64,000 bases of DNA from Takakia lepidozioides (taxonomy: Eukaryota; Plantae; Bryophyta): contig CM060734.1 in assembly GCA_030704615.1 (NCBI GenBank), positions 7,068,001 through 7,132,000 on the forward strand, read 5' to 3'. This document shows positions 49,701-62,989 of this stretch, piece after piece; within the stretch, counting starts at the first letter, position 1, and the number at the start of each line of letters is the position of its first letter. The notes beneath the pieces were generated by a model. It made no database searches. It was given only the letters and a program-made list of their open reading frames with translations, and had not been told where the DNA came from. The position numbers and the translations under genes are program-made.

Positions 49701-52700
49701 CTATCATGTTCGCTGCACACCCAGAGTGGGAGCAGGTTGCAGAGATGCAGCTGGAAGGCCTAAGTTGTTTAAAAGGTATCTGTTGTGGTGTAGTGACAGC
49801 AACACCAATTGAAGGTGAAATAAGCAGTTACCCACCACATTTTTATGAGGAAAGAGAAGGAGAAATGGAAATCCTAGAGGAACCAGCCACTGTGAGTTTA
49901 CAGGATGAAGTGGTAACTGGTTGGACAATCACAGCTGATGAGCAGGTGAGAGAAGTGAATGTGGGAACTGAAGAGGAACCGAGGATGGTGAAGGTAGGGG
50001 CTGATTTGGAGCCAGAATTCTTTGAGGAAGCTAAGAGTTTGTTCATCAAATACAGAGATGTATTTGCTTGGAGCTACGAGGATCTAAAAGGGATACCACC
50101 TGAGATCTGTCAGCATAAGATTGAACTGGAACCAGGGTCAGTACCAATCAAATAGGCAAGGTACAGAATGAATCCCAACTATGCACAGAAGGTTGGAGAA
50201 GAGATCAAGAAGTTGGCTGAGGCTAAGTTTATATACCCGATAGAGTATACAACTTGGTTGTCACCCATTGTGATAGTTCCCAAGAAGAATGGTAAACTGA
50301 GAGTTTGTGTGAACTATAAGAAGTTGAATGCTTGCACGAAGAAAGATCATTTTCCTTTGCCATTCATAGAAGCGGTATTGGACACTGTGGCAGGCCATGA
50401 GATGTACTCATTCATGGATGGCTTCAGTGGTTATAATCAAGTACAAGTGGCAGAAGAAGACCAGGGAAAGACAACTTTTATCACAGACTGGGGTGCTTAT
50501 GCATACAAAGTCATGCCTTTTGGACTTTGTAATGCACCAGGAACCTTTCAGAGAGTGATAAGTGAATCTTTTCATGAGTATCTGGATGATTTCAGTGTGT
50601 ACAGCTCTAAGAAGGAGCACTTGCATAAATTGGAGTTATGTTTGGCCAGATGCAGGATGAGAGGTCTGGGTCTGAATCCAGAGAAGTGTACTTTCTGTGT
50701 GAACTCAGAGGTGCTTTTGGGACACATTGTGTGTAAGAAGGGACTTCTTGTGGATCCCAGGAAGACAGAGACCATTAAAGCCTCTCCACCACCAGTAAAT
50801 GTTAAAAGTCTAAGGAGATTCCCTGGACAAACCAGTTATTACAGAAGATTTGTCAAAAGGTATGCACAGATAGCAGCACCATTGAGCAATCTTCTGAAGA
50901 AAGATGTAGTGTTTGCATGGACAGCTGAATGTCAACAAGCTTTTGAGGAACTTACATTGTCAGTAACAACTACACCTGTGCTGATTAACCCTCACTGGCA
51001 TGTAGTATTTAATGTTCACTGTGATGCCTCAGGAGAAGCGTTGGGAGCGGTATTAGCCCAAAATGTTACAGGAAATATAGATTCACTTGTGTACTATGCT
51101 AGCAGGTTGATGAACAGTGCTGAAAGGAACTATAGCACAACTGAGAGAGAAGCACTGGCAATGATATATGCAGTCAAGAAATTCAGGCATTACCTATTGG
51201 GAAGAAAGTTTATGTTTTATGTGGATCACCAGGCTCTGATATATCTGGTGAACAAACCTTTGATAAGTGGAAAGATAGCGAGGTGGTTAATAATCTTGCA
51301 CGAGTTTGAGTTCGAAGTTATTTACAAGCCTGGCCGTTTGCATCTTGTGGCAGATCATTTGTCATGCCTAACAACAGGAGAGCCCGCCACAGGGGTAGTC
51401 GACCAATTACCTGATGCGAGTTTATTTGCAATGGAGGTGCAAGGAAGTGCAGATGAATGGTTAGATTGGCAGTGGCCAATCAGATACTACCTTACTCATG
51501 GTCAGTGCCCACCTAGTTATGGTAAGGAGCAGAGGAAGAGAATCGCTATCAAGGCTTTACCTTATACTATGGTAGGGGGCAGAATGTATAAGCTAGGACC
51601 TGATGGAGTACTTAAACAATGCTTGTACCACCATGAAGTAGATAAAGTTTTGGAGGAAGTTCATAAAGAAGTGGCTGGAGGACATTTTGGAGAAGAGACT
51701 ACCAGTAGGAAGATACTACTTGCAGGTTACTGGTGGCCTACTTTGTTCAAAGATGTACACAAGTATTGTCAGAGTTGTGATGAATGTCAGAGGCTAGGAC
51801 CTTTGTAGAGATCTGGGAAGATGGCTTTGCATCCTACGATGCCTACTGAACCATTTCAGAAATGGGGACTAGACTTTGTTGGACCAATTAACCCACCGGC
51901 CAAGAATACACAGAACAAGTATATAATTACAGCCACTGATTATACTACGAAGTGGGTGGAAGCTAAAGCTCTGAGGGACAACACAGCCAAGTCCACAGCA
52001 AGGTTCATGTATGAGAACATACTTACACAATTTGGCTGTCCCTTGGAATTTATCAGTGACCAGGGAAGTCACTTCATTAATGAGACCATTGATCTATTGA
52101 CTAAAGAGTTCATGATTGTGCATAGGAAGAGTACAACGTATTACCCACAGGGTAATGGGCAGGCAGAGGCTACCAACAAAATATTATGTACTATCTTGGC
52201 TAAGATAGTCAATGCAAACAGAACGGATTGGGATACAAAGCTGCTGACAGCTTTGTGGTCATACATGACTTCATATAAAGTCACCACTAAGTATACACCA
52301 TTCCAATTAGTTTATGGTATGGAAGCTTTACTTCCAGTGGAATTCTTGTTACCTACCATGAGAATGGAATTGGGAAAAAGAATGGAATTGGAAGATTCAA
52401 TTAAGGTCAGGAAACATGAATTATACCATGTGGAAGAAGTACGTGCTGATGCAGTTGATAACATGGCCAGAATTCAGATGAAGAGGAAGTTTGATGAAGG
52501 CAAATTAAAGACTTTTAAGACGGGGGATTTGGTTCTCTAGTTGCAGAAGAAGGGGAAGATTAAAGCTTCTAAGCTTAAATCACCATGGAAAGGACCTTAT
52601 GTCATACAGAAGATGTATGATAACAACACAGCCATGTTACAAACCATTAACAAAGAGATGCTGGGAAGAGTCAATGCCAATAAGTTGAAGGGGTACAGTG

Positions 52701-52710
52701 GTATCCATGA
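46746..52710 (+). pseudogene. gag-pol of non-chromovirus Ty3/gypsy family A
   Basis: Retrotrans-gag (YSGKGDPDVH...LFPCSL), three CCHC knuckles (one degenerate), protease LIDGGSG, RT MPFGLCNAP/YLDD, RH HCDAS...EREAL, INT GLDF...SDQG...GQAE, and WKGPY. In-frame stops present. Confidence 0.92.
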
Positions 52711-52849
52711 CAAACCATTGCAGCACGATTTGCATGTTGAAACGCAGAAGCAGTCACGGGCTGCGCCAGTGATATCAACGGAGTATGGAGCACTTGTCGC
52801 TAAGCCGAGCATATATGACCAGGGCGGGAACTACAGGTGTTCGCATACC

Positions 52850-52990
52850 TATCACAGCCCATCACGGCGTGACACAGCCTATCACAGCCCATCACAGCGT
52901 GACACAGCCTATCACAGCCCACCACAGCATGACACAGCCTATCACAGCGTACCACAGTATGACACAGCCTGTCACAGCTCAACACAGCCT
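52850..52990 (+). repeat. CACAGCC minisatellite (30-bp higher-order unit) after integrase
   Basis: Reads in frame as (DTAYHSPSQR)-like repeats. Confidence 0.85.
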
Positions 52991-53204
52991 ACCGGGGTTA
53001 CACAGTCCATAGGACCAGTGACAGGTGGACGTGGGTTAACATCCGGAGAGTGGCCGGCGGAAAAGTGGACGGAGGCAGGTTTAGAAATGGACACGTGGAC
53101 GCCAGGGCGAGACACACAGCCAGTCATGAATTGTAAGAACGGGTGTCATCAAGAAAGAAGACAAAATTGGCCGTCAAAGTACCTACCCGGTACAACAACT
53201 AATT

Positions 53205-56200
53205 GTGGGCCCATTTAATGCATTCAGTGCCAGGGTAACGAAACCCTTTTCGAGTTCAGAAAAGGGAAACCTATGCCATATGTGCTATCCTAGTAGGCAG
53301 TCCAGGGGGGGAAATCCACGGAAGGGAATTAAATTACAAAACCAATCACAGAGCCAACAACCAATCATGAGCCAAAATTACCTGCACAGGGTATTTTCCA
53401 AGAAGCAAGATCAAGAATTTAGAGGGATTCTGAGCGCAAGAGTCGGCGTCGTTCCAAGTAACGGGCGTCTCGACGGGAGAGACAATCAAAGCTATAGCTT
53501 TGAAGCTATGGCGGAAATAACAGACTACACACTCGCATTACTACTTACGCAGTGGCACAAGGACGGACGAATGGATAGTACATTTTCTCTAAATCGATAC
53601 TTGCAAGCCCCACAGGCTTACAAGCACTTACCCATTTCATTCTGCGCCAACCATACTTTTATGCTTTGTGCCCTGCAGGCGTTTCTTCAGTTGTTACAAC
53701 CAAAACCTTTCTGTTTGTCTAGAATGAAGAGAGTGAGAGGAATGGAGGATATCAGGGTGAAGAGCACCACAATCTTACAGAAGCAAACGATTGCTGCACC
53801 ACAGGCGGTGCAGCTACTGAAGGAGCTGCGATTGGAGGGATTGCTACGCAAGGACTGGTCCTTGCCTCATCGGCAGTTCATGATACAATTTCTTCAGAAC
53901 TTTGAGCCTCGGACGGGAGTTACTCAGGTGAGGGGAGTAGATATAGAAATTACTCCCCAATACCTGCAGCAATTGTTTGATTTGCCATCAGGACATGTGG
54001 ATGTGGATGAGCACAGGGCAAGATTGCAGATAGGGAATTTGTTCCAAGAAGGGAGTTTCTTTAAAACTCAAGGTTTTGCTTGTACCAAAGCCAAGTACCC
54101 GGGGCTTAGGGAAGTTGGCCAAATCCTGAACGTTCTGTTTGCCATGAAACAGAACCAACAGTATTTGAGCAGGTCATTCACAGAGGAGATCCTGAAAGCT
54201 TTGAGGGGAGAGGATGTAGCTTGGGCGGAGTTAATGTACAACGGATTGGTGGACAAGATGAAGAGGTTACAGGGCACTGCTGCTAAGTCTCCGATCATTG
54301 TGTCCGGTCCAATCATTGCCCAAATAATTCTTGCATACTTGATACTAGGGAACGTAAGGAGATGGGAGTGTTTGAGGCAGAAACCACAACAATTGAAGAG
54401 CAAGGCTCTTCACACAGTGAGGGTGGACTGGCAGCGCAACACCAGTCTAAGAGACATAGGCGGGGTAAGACTGTAGTGGCGGATCCACTGGCTTCACGGA
54501 AATCGCACGATAATGTTTCCCAAGCTCTTGTGCAGGATGGGGCACAGCAGCACAAAGAGCTGCTATTATTGGAAGCAAGGCCTTCAGAGAAGGAAGAGGA
54601 AGTCACTTCGATACCACAACCACCACAACCAATTGACTCTATTGTTTTAGAGGTTCCACAGTTAGTATATGCTGTGGCATCACCCCCAATTGCTCTGGAA
54701 GGAGAAAGGTTGGACATTCCCACTACAGAGCAGGTCGTGGCCGAAATTGAGAAGGGTGACCTTCTCTATGAAAATTCTGGCTTGGTAAGGGAAACAATGA
54801 TTCCAGAGATGCAGCGGTTGTCCAGGGGAAACCTTGCTGTGCATGTAATACCCACACCTGTGATGGAGGTACTAGGGGTATAATATCAAGACACTAGAGC
54901 ACCTGTGGCGGATGAGGTGGTTCAGGAAGAAAATCTGGTGGGGCAATGGCCTGATTGGTTCATGAGGCATCACACTGTTGAGGATCAGGGAGAACAGCAA
55001 CAAGCTCACCATGATGACCCTCAGCAGACCATGCTTATGAGTTCTATAAGCAGGACACTTAATTTGTTGGGCACTTATGTGAAATCCCATGTTCCATCTA
55101 CCCAATTGGCAGCTTTGAGGGAGGAACTCAGGAAGGAGTTTGAGGTTCGACTTGCCACTGAGTGTGCAAACAAGGTTGATGAGGAAGTCAATCTCAAATT
55201 ACAGCAAGAGTTAGAGGATACAAAAGCTGATTTGCAGTTGGCCAAGGAACATTTGATTGAAGCAGGCCTCGCGCAGGACCAGTTGCACGAAGCACATAAA
55301 CAACAGTTATACCAAATGAAGGTGAAGCATGAGGGCAAGTTGCAAGAAGTGAATGCACTTCATACAGAGTTGCAGGCAGTACATGAGAGGATGACCATAT
55401 AATGTGCTACACTCACAACTACTCTTAAGCAAACTGCATTAGAAATTAACAGACAAAGGGAGAGATGTATGAAGGCAGAGGCAGAGAATGTTGAGCAGAC
55501 AAAACTCATTGTTGATATGAAGAATACAATCTGTCGCAATGAGAACACTTTCAAGCAATACAGACAGGTTGAAGCTGACCAAGAGAGGTACATCCTGGAG
55601 TTGCAACAAACGGTCATGGTGAATAGAAATGAACTCTCTGTGGCTAACAAGGCTTGGAAGGAAGCCAATAATCTGGCTGCTGCCTATGCAAGTTTGGTTG
55701 AACCTCATGCGAAGCGCATGGAGGCTTTACAACAGCAGATAGATGTGTACAGGCTCACAGAGGAGCAGACTCTTAGGGGTGCCACACACAACTTGGTGGA
55801 TAACCACCTTATGCAGGTCTGGTTAGCACAAGGACCGGTGGAAGGCAAAGCACCACGGAAGCTCACCCAGGGCGAGATGAATGAGCTCAGACTACAGGTG
55901 CAGAACATTGCCACAACTACTATAGATAATGTCTATAGTAGGATAGCGGAGCTACAAGAGGATGTAGAAGGCCTGCAGACTCAGGTGGATGACCTGACTT
56001 CCAATATTGACAAGAGAGTCTCTGTACCTGGCTACTTATTTACAGGCCAGAACTCTTATTTTTCAGTCTTCTTCGCAAGGGGTGCAGGAGATGCCAGTGG
56101 TAGAAGGGCCAGTGCTACCAATACCACAATAAGTGACTATGCAGGTAGCTGACCCTGTTGTTACTACAGCCACACCACAGTCTGAGGTATGGGGGGATGC

Positions 56201-57065
56201 TGCTTTTAACCCACCTAAGACTCCTGCTGCACGAGAGTACAGTCGGGCTATGATTATGCCCTTCAACCAAATTCCCATTGTGTTGGATTTGGCTCGGAAG
56301 GAATTTAGTCCTCCGCAGTCGTTGGCACATTACTACTAGATCATGCGCATTTGGCTGCCAGTGGCAACTAGGACTAAGGTTCTTCCGAACAATCGACACA
56401 TTGAGGATCATCACTTTGCGAGGTACTGGTCTGAAGCAAGTACCATGTTGAAGGAATTAATTGCCTTCCAAGTTGTACATGGGTACATTTATACCAAGAC
56501 TAATGAGGTAGCAAGTATTGTCATGGGCTGTGGACTATACTATGCTGCTTGTTTTCTGGCACGTTATCACATTGAGCAGCAGAAGATGCAATCGGGATTT
56601 CTGAGTTATTCCAGTGGGGATCATTGGGTCTTACCTTCAGTGCCACCTCATATGTACCTATATGAAGCAAAAGTTATGATGCAAAAGGATTCCCAACTTT
56701 GTTCATGGTTTCATTCGGCCTGGAACAATTTGTCAACACAGAAATTCGGCCCTGACGATATTTTCTTTAAGGGACGTGAGGCATGGAAATACTTGCACTG
56801 TTCTCAAGTCATTGGCACACCACTCACATGTAGAGACAATGACTTCAGGGTGTTCACCAATTTTGCCATTAAGCGCTTACAGCGAGTTCTGCAATTTAAA
56901 CTTCCAGACATGGTGGGACCACATTGTATGCCCCAGAGGATTCCAGTTAGAATTCGACCGTTAAAACACCTCAGGGGGGACGACGATTCTGATACTACTG
57001 TTTCTTCAGTGGACTCTTTTGACATGACAGAGGACTATGTAATTCAGATGGCAGAGAAGAAATGA
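53205..57065 (+). pseudogene. Long extra 3' ORF of family A (plant-transposon-ORF-like N-terminus, coiled coil, unknown C-terminus)
   Basis: Six consecutive sense ORF pieces. QFLQNF...VRGVDIEITPQYLQQLFDLP resembles Athila-type accessory domains. E/Q/L-rich heptads at about 55100-56000. Confidence 0.65.
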
Positions 57066-57302
57066 CGGGGATCTCCTATGCCTGAGAGGTTACCTCGATA
57101 TCAGCCAAAGGAGGGTCTGACATTTCCGGGTAGTGCTCAATCATCTCAGTCAACCAGTGACAAGACTCGGGCTCGCACACGGAGTCCTTCACGAGACTCT
57201 CACCGTCAGAAGGGTAACGCTTTTACGGGTTCTGTGGGGTACCCTTAATTTTTACACAGACTGAGACCAACAAGAGCCTTAGGGGTGACAGCAGCGGGCT
57301 TT

Positions 57303-58170
57303 AAGGGGGGGGGGGGGGGGTACACAGCCCGACACAGCCCGTCACAGCCGACACAGCCCGCCATAGCCGACACGGCCCGCCACAGCTTTACACAGCCCGA
57401 CACAGCCGCCACAGCCAACACAGCCCGATACAGCCCGACACAGCCGGCAGAGCCGTCACAGCCCGTCACAGTCGTCACAGTCCGTCACAGTCCGTCACAG
57501 CCAATCACAGTCAGTCACAACCCGTCACAGCTTCTCACAGCCCAACGCAGTTTTGCACAGTTGTCATAGTACAGGGGGAACGGTTAACATGGACAGGGAA
57601 CGACTGTGTGGGAACGACATCTGCAGAGGGAATATGTTATTTCAGGGGTGACGGTTAGTGAGCAAGGCGGTTAGAACAACTTGTAGGTAGATAAAGCGAA
57701 GAGCAGGGACTTCTTCAGGGATCACTTCTTAGACATCAGGGGGGGCACGATCTTGGAGCACAGGGATGACGATTACACAGAAGAGGAGATGATGACTTGA
57801 TGGAGGTTTATTACATGCAAGCTATAGAGATATACTGTAGGGTAGACTAGGGACACTATGGCTTCAGCCTCATACTTGATAGATCTTAATCTGATACACA
57901 TTTATCTGAGTGAAGCTGTGGAATGAATGGATGAGTGATTGGAACCTGGTAGTTTGTTGAAGCAATCTGATGCTTGAATATAAATAATAAGGTCATTAGC
58001 TGCCATGAAGGCAAGAAGGAATACAAACAGGAATCACTCCCATGATACACTAGTTGTAGGTCATGACTGATTGTTCTGAGCGGGCTGAGTGCTTGGAGAT
58101 ATCCAACTCTTCTATCTTGGAGTTCCCACCTCGGATAGCGAAGGGATAGGTGAGTAAAAGCCGTTCGACA
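57303..58170 (+). repeat. PPT (57303-57320) and 3' LTR (about 57321-58170) of family A
   Basis: AA plus G-run, then CACAGCCC minisatellite, then the match to 1-721, ending TTCGACA. The 5' terminus is non-canonical (TA). Confidence 0.8.
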
Positions 58171-58340
58171 GTGACCCTCTCTTCCCCCGAGACCATTTCA
58201 TCCAACCCCCTTGGATGGAAATTCGGCGCCGTATTTCCATCTGGGGGCCTTAAGTTGGGTGCCAATTGTGCTTCTCTTCCCGAGAAGGTTTCATCCAACT
58301 CCCACGGGGTGGAAATTCGGTGCTGCATTTCCATCCGGGG
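58171..58340. repeat. Two degenerate units of the GGAAATTCGGCGCC palindrome repeat
   Basis: GGATGGAAATTCGGCGCCGTATTTCCATC at about 58213 and a second unit at about 58311. Confidence 0.7.
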
Positions 58341-58481
58341 GGCTCGTTTGACGATCTCTCGCGATATGCTATCATCCTCCCCCCGAACCCTATATTATAG
58401 TTCATTTCTAGTGTCCGCATTTTCTTCACAATCCCAGTTCCCCTTCCGCCCGCTTCTTTGTTCAATCCTTCCGTCGTTTCT

Positions 58482-59042
58482 ATGGGGTGTGGTCGAGCAG
58501 GTTGCCCTGGGCTTGAACATGATGGAGATTATTCTTCCCGGATTGGCGACATTCCCGTCTTGCTATGTCGAGGTCCACTTTTCAGTGATAACCCGCCTGA
58601 ACACCAAGTGTCCATACATGTCCACGAGTGGACACGAGATCTGCTGGACAGGTGGGGAGACCAGCTGCGTAGTGGTATTTGACGACTCTGGAATATGCGG
58701 ATCGGGGACACGGATTTCCCGCTTTCCGAGGACCTGGATAGATTCCGTGTTGCAATGTTACACAAGTGGAAGTATTGTCAGTGGTTGTTTGTTGATATCA
58801 TCTCCATGCAGTACAACCGGGAGTTCTCTCCGGACCCAATATCGTTTGGGGATGTTTGGATCAGGGGTGAGGAGTTGAATGGACATGCCGAGTACGCAGT
58901 TTCGATCCATTTCTACAATGGGTTGGAAGATTTGGAGGAAGACGAGGTGGTGGTGCACTTCGATCAGATCCGCCACCAAGTGCATTATGTTTTCACGAGG
59001 TTGATGGAAGAAGGTCGTCATGACATGATGGTGAATATCTAG
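58482..59042 (+). pseudogene. Unknown protein of about 186 codons with one in-frame TGA
   Basis: ORFs 58458-58682 and 58695-59042 share a frame; composition looks globular. Confidence 0.4.
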
Positions 59043-60074
59043 TCAATGTTACAAATAATAGATTTTGCATCAGCATGTCATGATTTTGTTTATGATTAGT
59101 TAGAAATAATTATTTCTAGTTAATTAGGACTTTATACATTTATATTTGTATTTTGTTGGCATTGGGACTTCATTTGGTTCTATGTGCCAAGTGAGGTGAC
59201 GATCTTTACTTTGGATGTGGAAAAGGTTATCTCCTCGTGATGTGCAAGAAGGCTCGTCCAAGGCTCGTCTTCTTCTAGTCGAGCCTCCCGAGGCCTCTCT
59301 CGCCGCCATAGCTCTAGTACTTGAGATAGAGTGTGGGTGAGGTTTGTATGGTGGAGTCCTTTAGCAAAGGTGCCATTGGCTTGACTTATATAAAGTGATA
59401 GAGTGGATTAATCTCTTTTCACCATTTTCGTATCACTAGAAGAAGACCTGCTTACATCTATGAGTACAAAGTATTATCATAGTTAGCACTTGTGTGTCAA
59501 GAAGAGCTCGGGTGTCAACCAAGCAAGCGGTGCATGTGTGAAGCATGCTTTCAGTTTGTCTCCAACTTCAAGCTTAGGAGAGTTAGGAGTGAAGGGAGAG
59601 ATCTGATTTCTCTTTTATGCAAAATAGTAATTTGTAGAGCATGCTTTGAGTTGGGGTTTCAATCTCAAGCTTAGGAAAAGCATGTCTATGGAAGTGGCAA
59701 GTGCGGGGCTAGATTAGGAGCTCTAAGAGGTGCACTATGGCCATGGAAGGGAGCACTATGAGTGCATACAATGTTAGAAGAGGGTGTGCCATAGAAAGCT
59801 CAATAGCTTGTTCTATACTTGCCTCAATGAGTTTCATGGAGAAAGATAGCTTATTGTGTGGCAAATAGCTTGCTCAGGGAGTTAGAGGCACTCTTGGTGG
59901 TCCATTGGTGCCCAAGAAATCAAGAGCAGCACCTCTGATTGCTTCCTAGAAGCCATAACTCATTGGCAAAAATCGCAGAGCCAAAGCGGCGTAAACCCTA
60001 GTTTGGGAACGTGTGGGAACAGTGCCCCAGGCTGGGAGCACCACCATTGAGACATCGGCTAAACTATTGAGCCA

Positions 60075-60480
60075 ATGGATGAAAATCGACATTCCTGGAT
60101 GAGAATCGGTCGCAGTGAATGAAATCTGCACCAGTGGACGTGGCAGAGGATGAAGTATCGAGCGATCAGATGAAAAATCGCGGCGACGGATAAAACTACG
60201 CCAGCGGATGAAATCGCGCCAGCAGATGAAATATCCCACCGGTGGTCGCGGCGGCGGATGAAATCGCGCAAGCGGATAAAATATCACGGTTTTGGATGAA
60301 AAAGCGCACCAGCGGATGAGAATCTTGGTGGCGGATGAAATCGCACCAGTGGATAAAATATCACGGTTTTGGATGAAAAAGCGCACCAGCGGATGAGAAT
60401 CTTGGTGGCGGATGAAATCGCACCAGTGGATGAAATATCGGACCTACGGATGACATTTGGTCAGCGACGGATGAAAAATC
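60075..60480 (+). repeat. GGATGAAATCGC-type short tandem repeats, including a 76-bp duplication
   Basis: Repeated ggatgaaa/ggataaaa units; about 60275-60350 recurs at 60351-60430. Confidence 0.75.
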
Positions 60481-60699
60481 GATTGCCAATGGATATTTTT
60501 GGAGCCTTTTAGGGGCTTGCTTGAAGGACTGTTTGGGGTTTTTTGAGGCCAATGTTTTGCAGGCCTGTTGAGCATTTTTGGGGCTTTTGAAGGACTATTT
60601 GGGGTCCTTTGAGGCCAATATTTGGCCGATTTGTGGAGCTTCTTAAGGGCTGTTTGGAGGACTATTTGAGAGTTATTTGAGAGGTCGTTTTAAGGATAA

Positions 60700-62210
60700 T
60701 CATAGATATTGCTCAGCAAGAGTGTGTGTGAAGATAGGGGGAGTAATAGGATGAGAGCATTCTGGGCTTGGAGATTGCTTTAGCTTCTCTTCTCCATAGT
60801 CTTCCATCATTCTTGTAGGCCAAAGCTTTTCCATAAGCGGGGGAAGAGCTAGTTTGCATAGAGACTTGGCCATCTTGCCGGTTTATTGGAGCTGGAAAGA
60901 GGTCGATTGATTTATTGGGTGGGATGTGTTGTTGTCTGAGTTTCCTGTGTTTGGATCATCTTCCCACACATGCATGCTTGACTGTGTGCCATGCTAGTTT
61001 GGTTTAGGCGCTTGTCTTCATAGGTGGTTGGTCTGGAGTTGTGGCCGGCCAACCCTAGAGCGTGCTGTCGGTGCTGAGGCTGGGATGATGACCAACAGAC
61101 CTTCATTGTTTATCTTATGGTGAGGCTGGGTTGATGACCAGTAGACCATAGGAGTACTTGCGGTGGATGTAGATGCAGGTGCAGGTTTATACTAGAAACC
61201 TAGTATTCCAAAACATAAGCCGCAACAAATTATCTACTCGATTACCTTGTGGAAAGGGGGATTAGAGACAGGTTGACAGCCGATTGAGTGTGAGTTTCAT
61301 CACGGAGGTGCCACCAGTTGCTGAGGAGAGTGTCGGTACAAGCACCCTTTCCACAAGGTAATCGATTACCTTGTGGGTATACAAGACGAGGAGTGCGGTT
61401 CAAGCCACCTTCACCTTCAGTGTCTTCTGAGGAAGGTTCAGACTCGGAGTTAGGAGAATTCTTGCCGAGGGTGCAAGCCATTTCCGTGCCATTGTTGTGG
61501 GGTACGATGGAGAAAATGTATGGAGCTACCAAGGGGCCTCGTCGGTACTCTAGAGCTGTGGGCACCATCGAGCTTAATGATTTTATACAAGAGTTTGACA
61601 GTTGGTGTGATTTGTAGCAGATGCGTAATCCACAACTGTTTACGCCTTTTATGGCGTGGAAGGGGCTATTCCAGCACCTTGAGGGGCCGCCCATGGATGA
61701 CTACCATGAGTTTAGGCGAGGACATGAGGTGGAGATTGAGGAATGGCGGGTGTATTGGTCACCTGACTATGTCTCCATCACTAGAGGCACAAGGGCAGCG
61801 GTGATACCGGCAGCTACACCGGCAGCTTCTGCAAGCAGTATATGACAAGTGGTACGGGAGCTGGGAAGTCCACCCAAGCTCCTGCCGCGGCACCAACATC
61901 CGTGCCTGCCTTTAACCCAGTTGTGAAGTTCTTCGAGGAGTTAAGGAGAAACTACCAGGGTATAAGGAAGAGAAATTGCGGAGCTTGCAAGAGTTCTAGC
62001 AAAAGCCTACTGAGAGTTTGAGGGAGGCTTATACGCGCATGAGGCGATTGATAAATGTAACCCAAGGGGTTACAGAAACTCAGGCAGTCTAATTCTGGTA
62101 TGGATATTGGACAAGGAGCTGAGGAGAAGGGTACGGGATGCAACTCTCCTACAAATGGCCCAACCCACCTTAGCAAATGTGTTTTTGCTAGCAGAGCGGA
62201 TAGAACTCAC
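60700..62210 (+). pseudogene. Family B second copy: LTR/leader and gag 5' part
   Basis: Homologous to about 11430-12890 (MEKMYGATKGPRRYS...FQHLEGPPMDDYHEF). Confidence 0.85.
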
Positions 62211-62989
62211 ACTAGAAGCATTCGTGTCTTTTCCGATCGACTGGGTGTCCGCCAACCACTCCGGGAACCACTTGGCAGTACATTAGACTACTAGAGAGTC
62301 GAAATGGACAATGAAGGCCCACGGGGGCATTTCAGACGGTGGATAGAAGTTGGGTCAATGACTCCGGAGTCGTAGCTATAATCGTGGCTATTTAATTAAT
62401 TATGTAAATACACAAAATTTTAAAAAGCGGAAAATACAAGTGGTTCTCATTACTGCACATGCGACTAGAAATTTACATTCCGAATTCGATTAATGGAATA
62501 AACATATTTATTCATTAAAGTCAATATGTAGTCGACTCAACGACTCCATGAACCACTGCGCATTGATTGCACCCGTGATTCGGGGGCATATTTGCTGACG
62601 TGTGTTTCACAAGAATAGGCAAACAAAATCTGACCTTGGGGGCTTGCACATTTTAATATGTACTGCCTCCACCTGGAAGTGACATGGAAGGTCCATGGTG
62701 ACATCGCGAAAGTTGGATTTGTAGGGTTTGTCATTTTGAACACCGCCCTGCTGGACATGTATGCCGAATGCGGAAACATGAAGATGCAAGGGTAATTGCA
62801 GCCTACGATGAATCAAAATGAAACACACCATGAGTCCCTAAAAGTACATAAAGGGGGATGTGGCGAATCCTCAACCATTGGATTCGCTTCAATTTACAAT
62901 CTCAACCGTCTACTTTATTTTCAAATCGCGATAGTTTCATATCACGATAGTTTTTTTCAAATTTGACCTTGATCCACCCCAGGGGTTTA

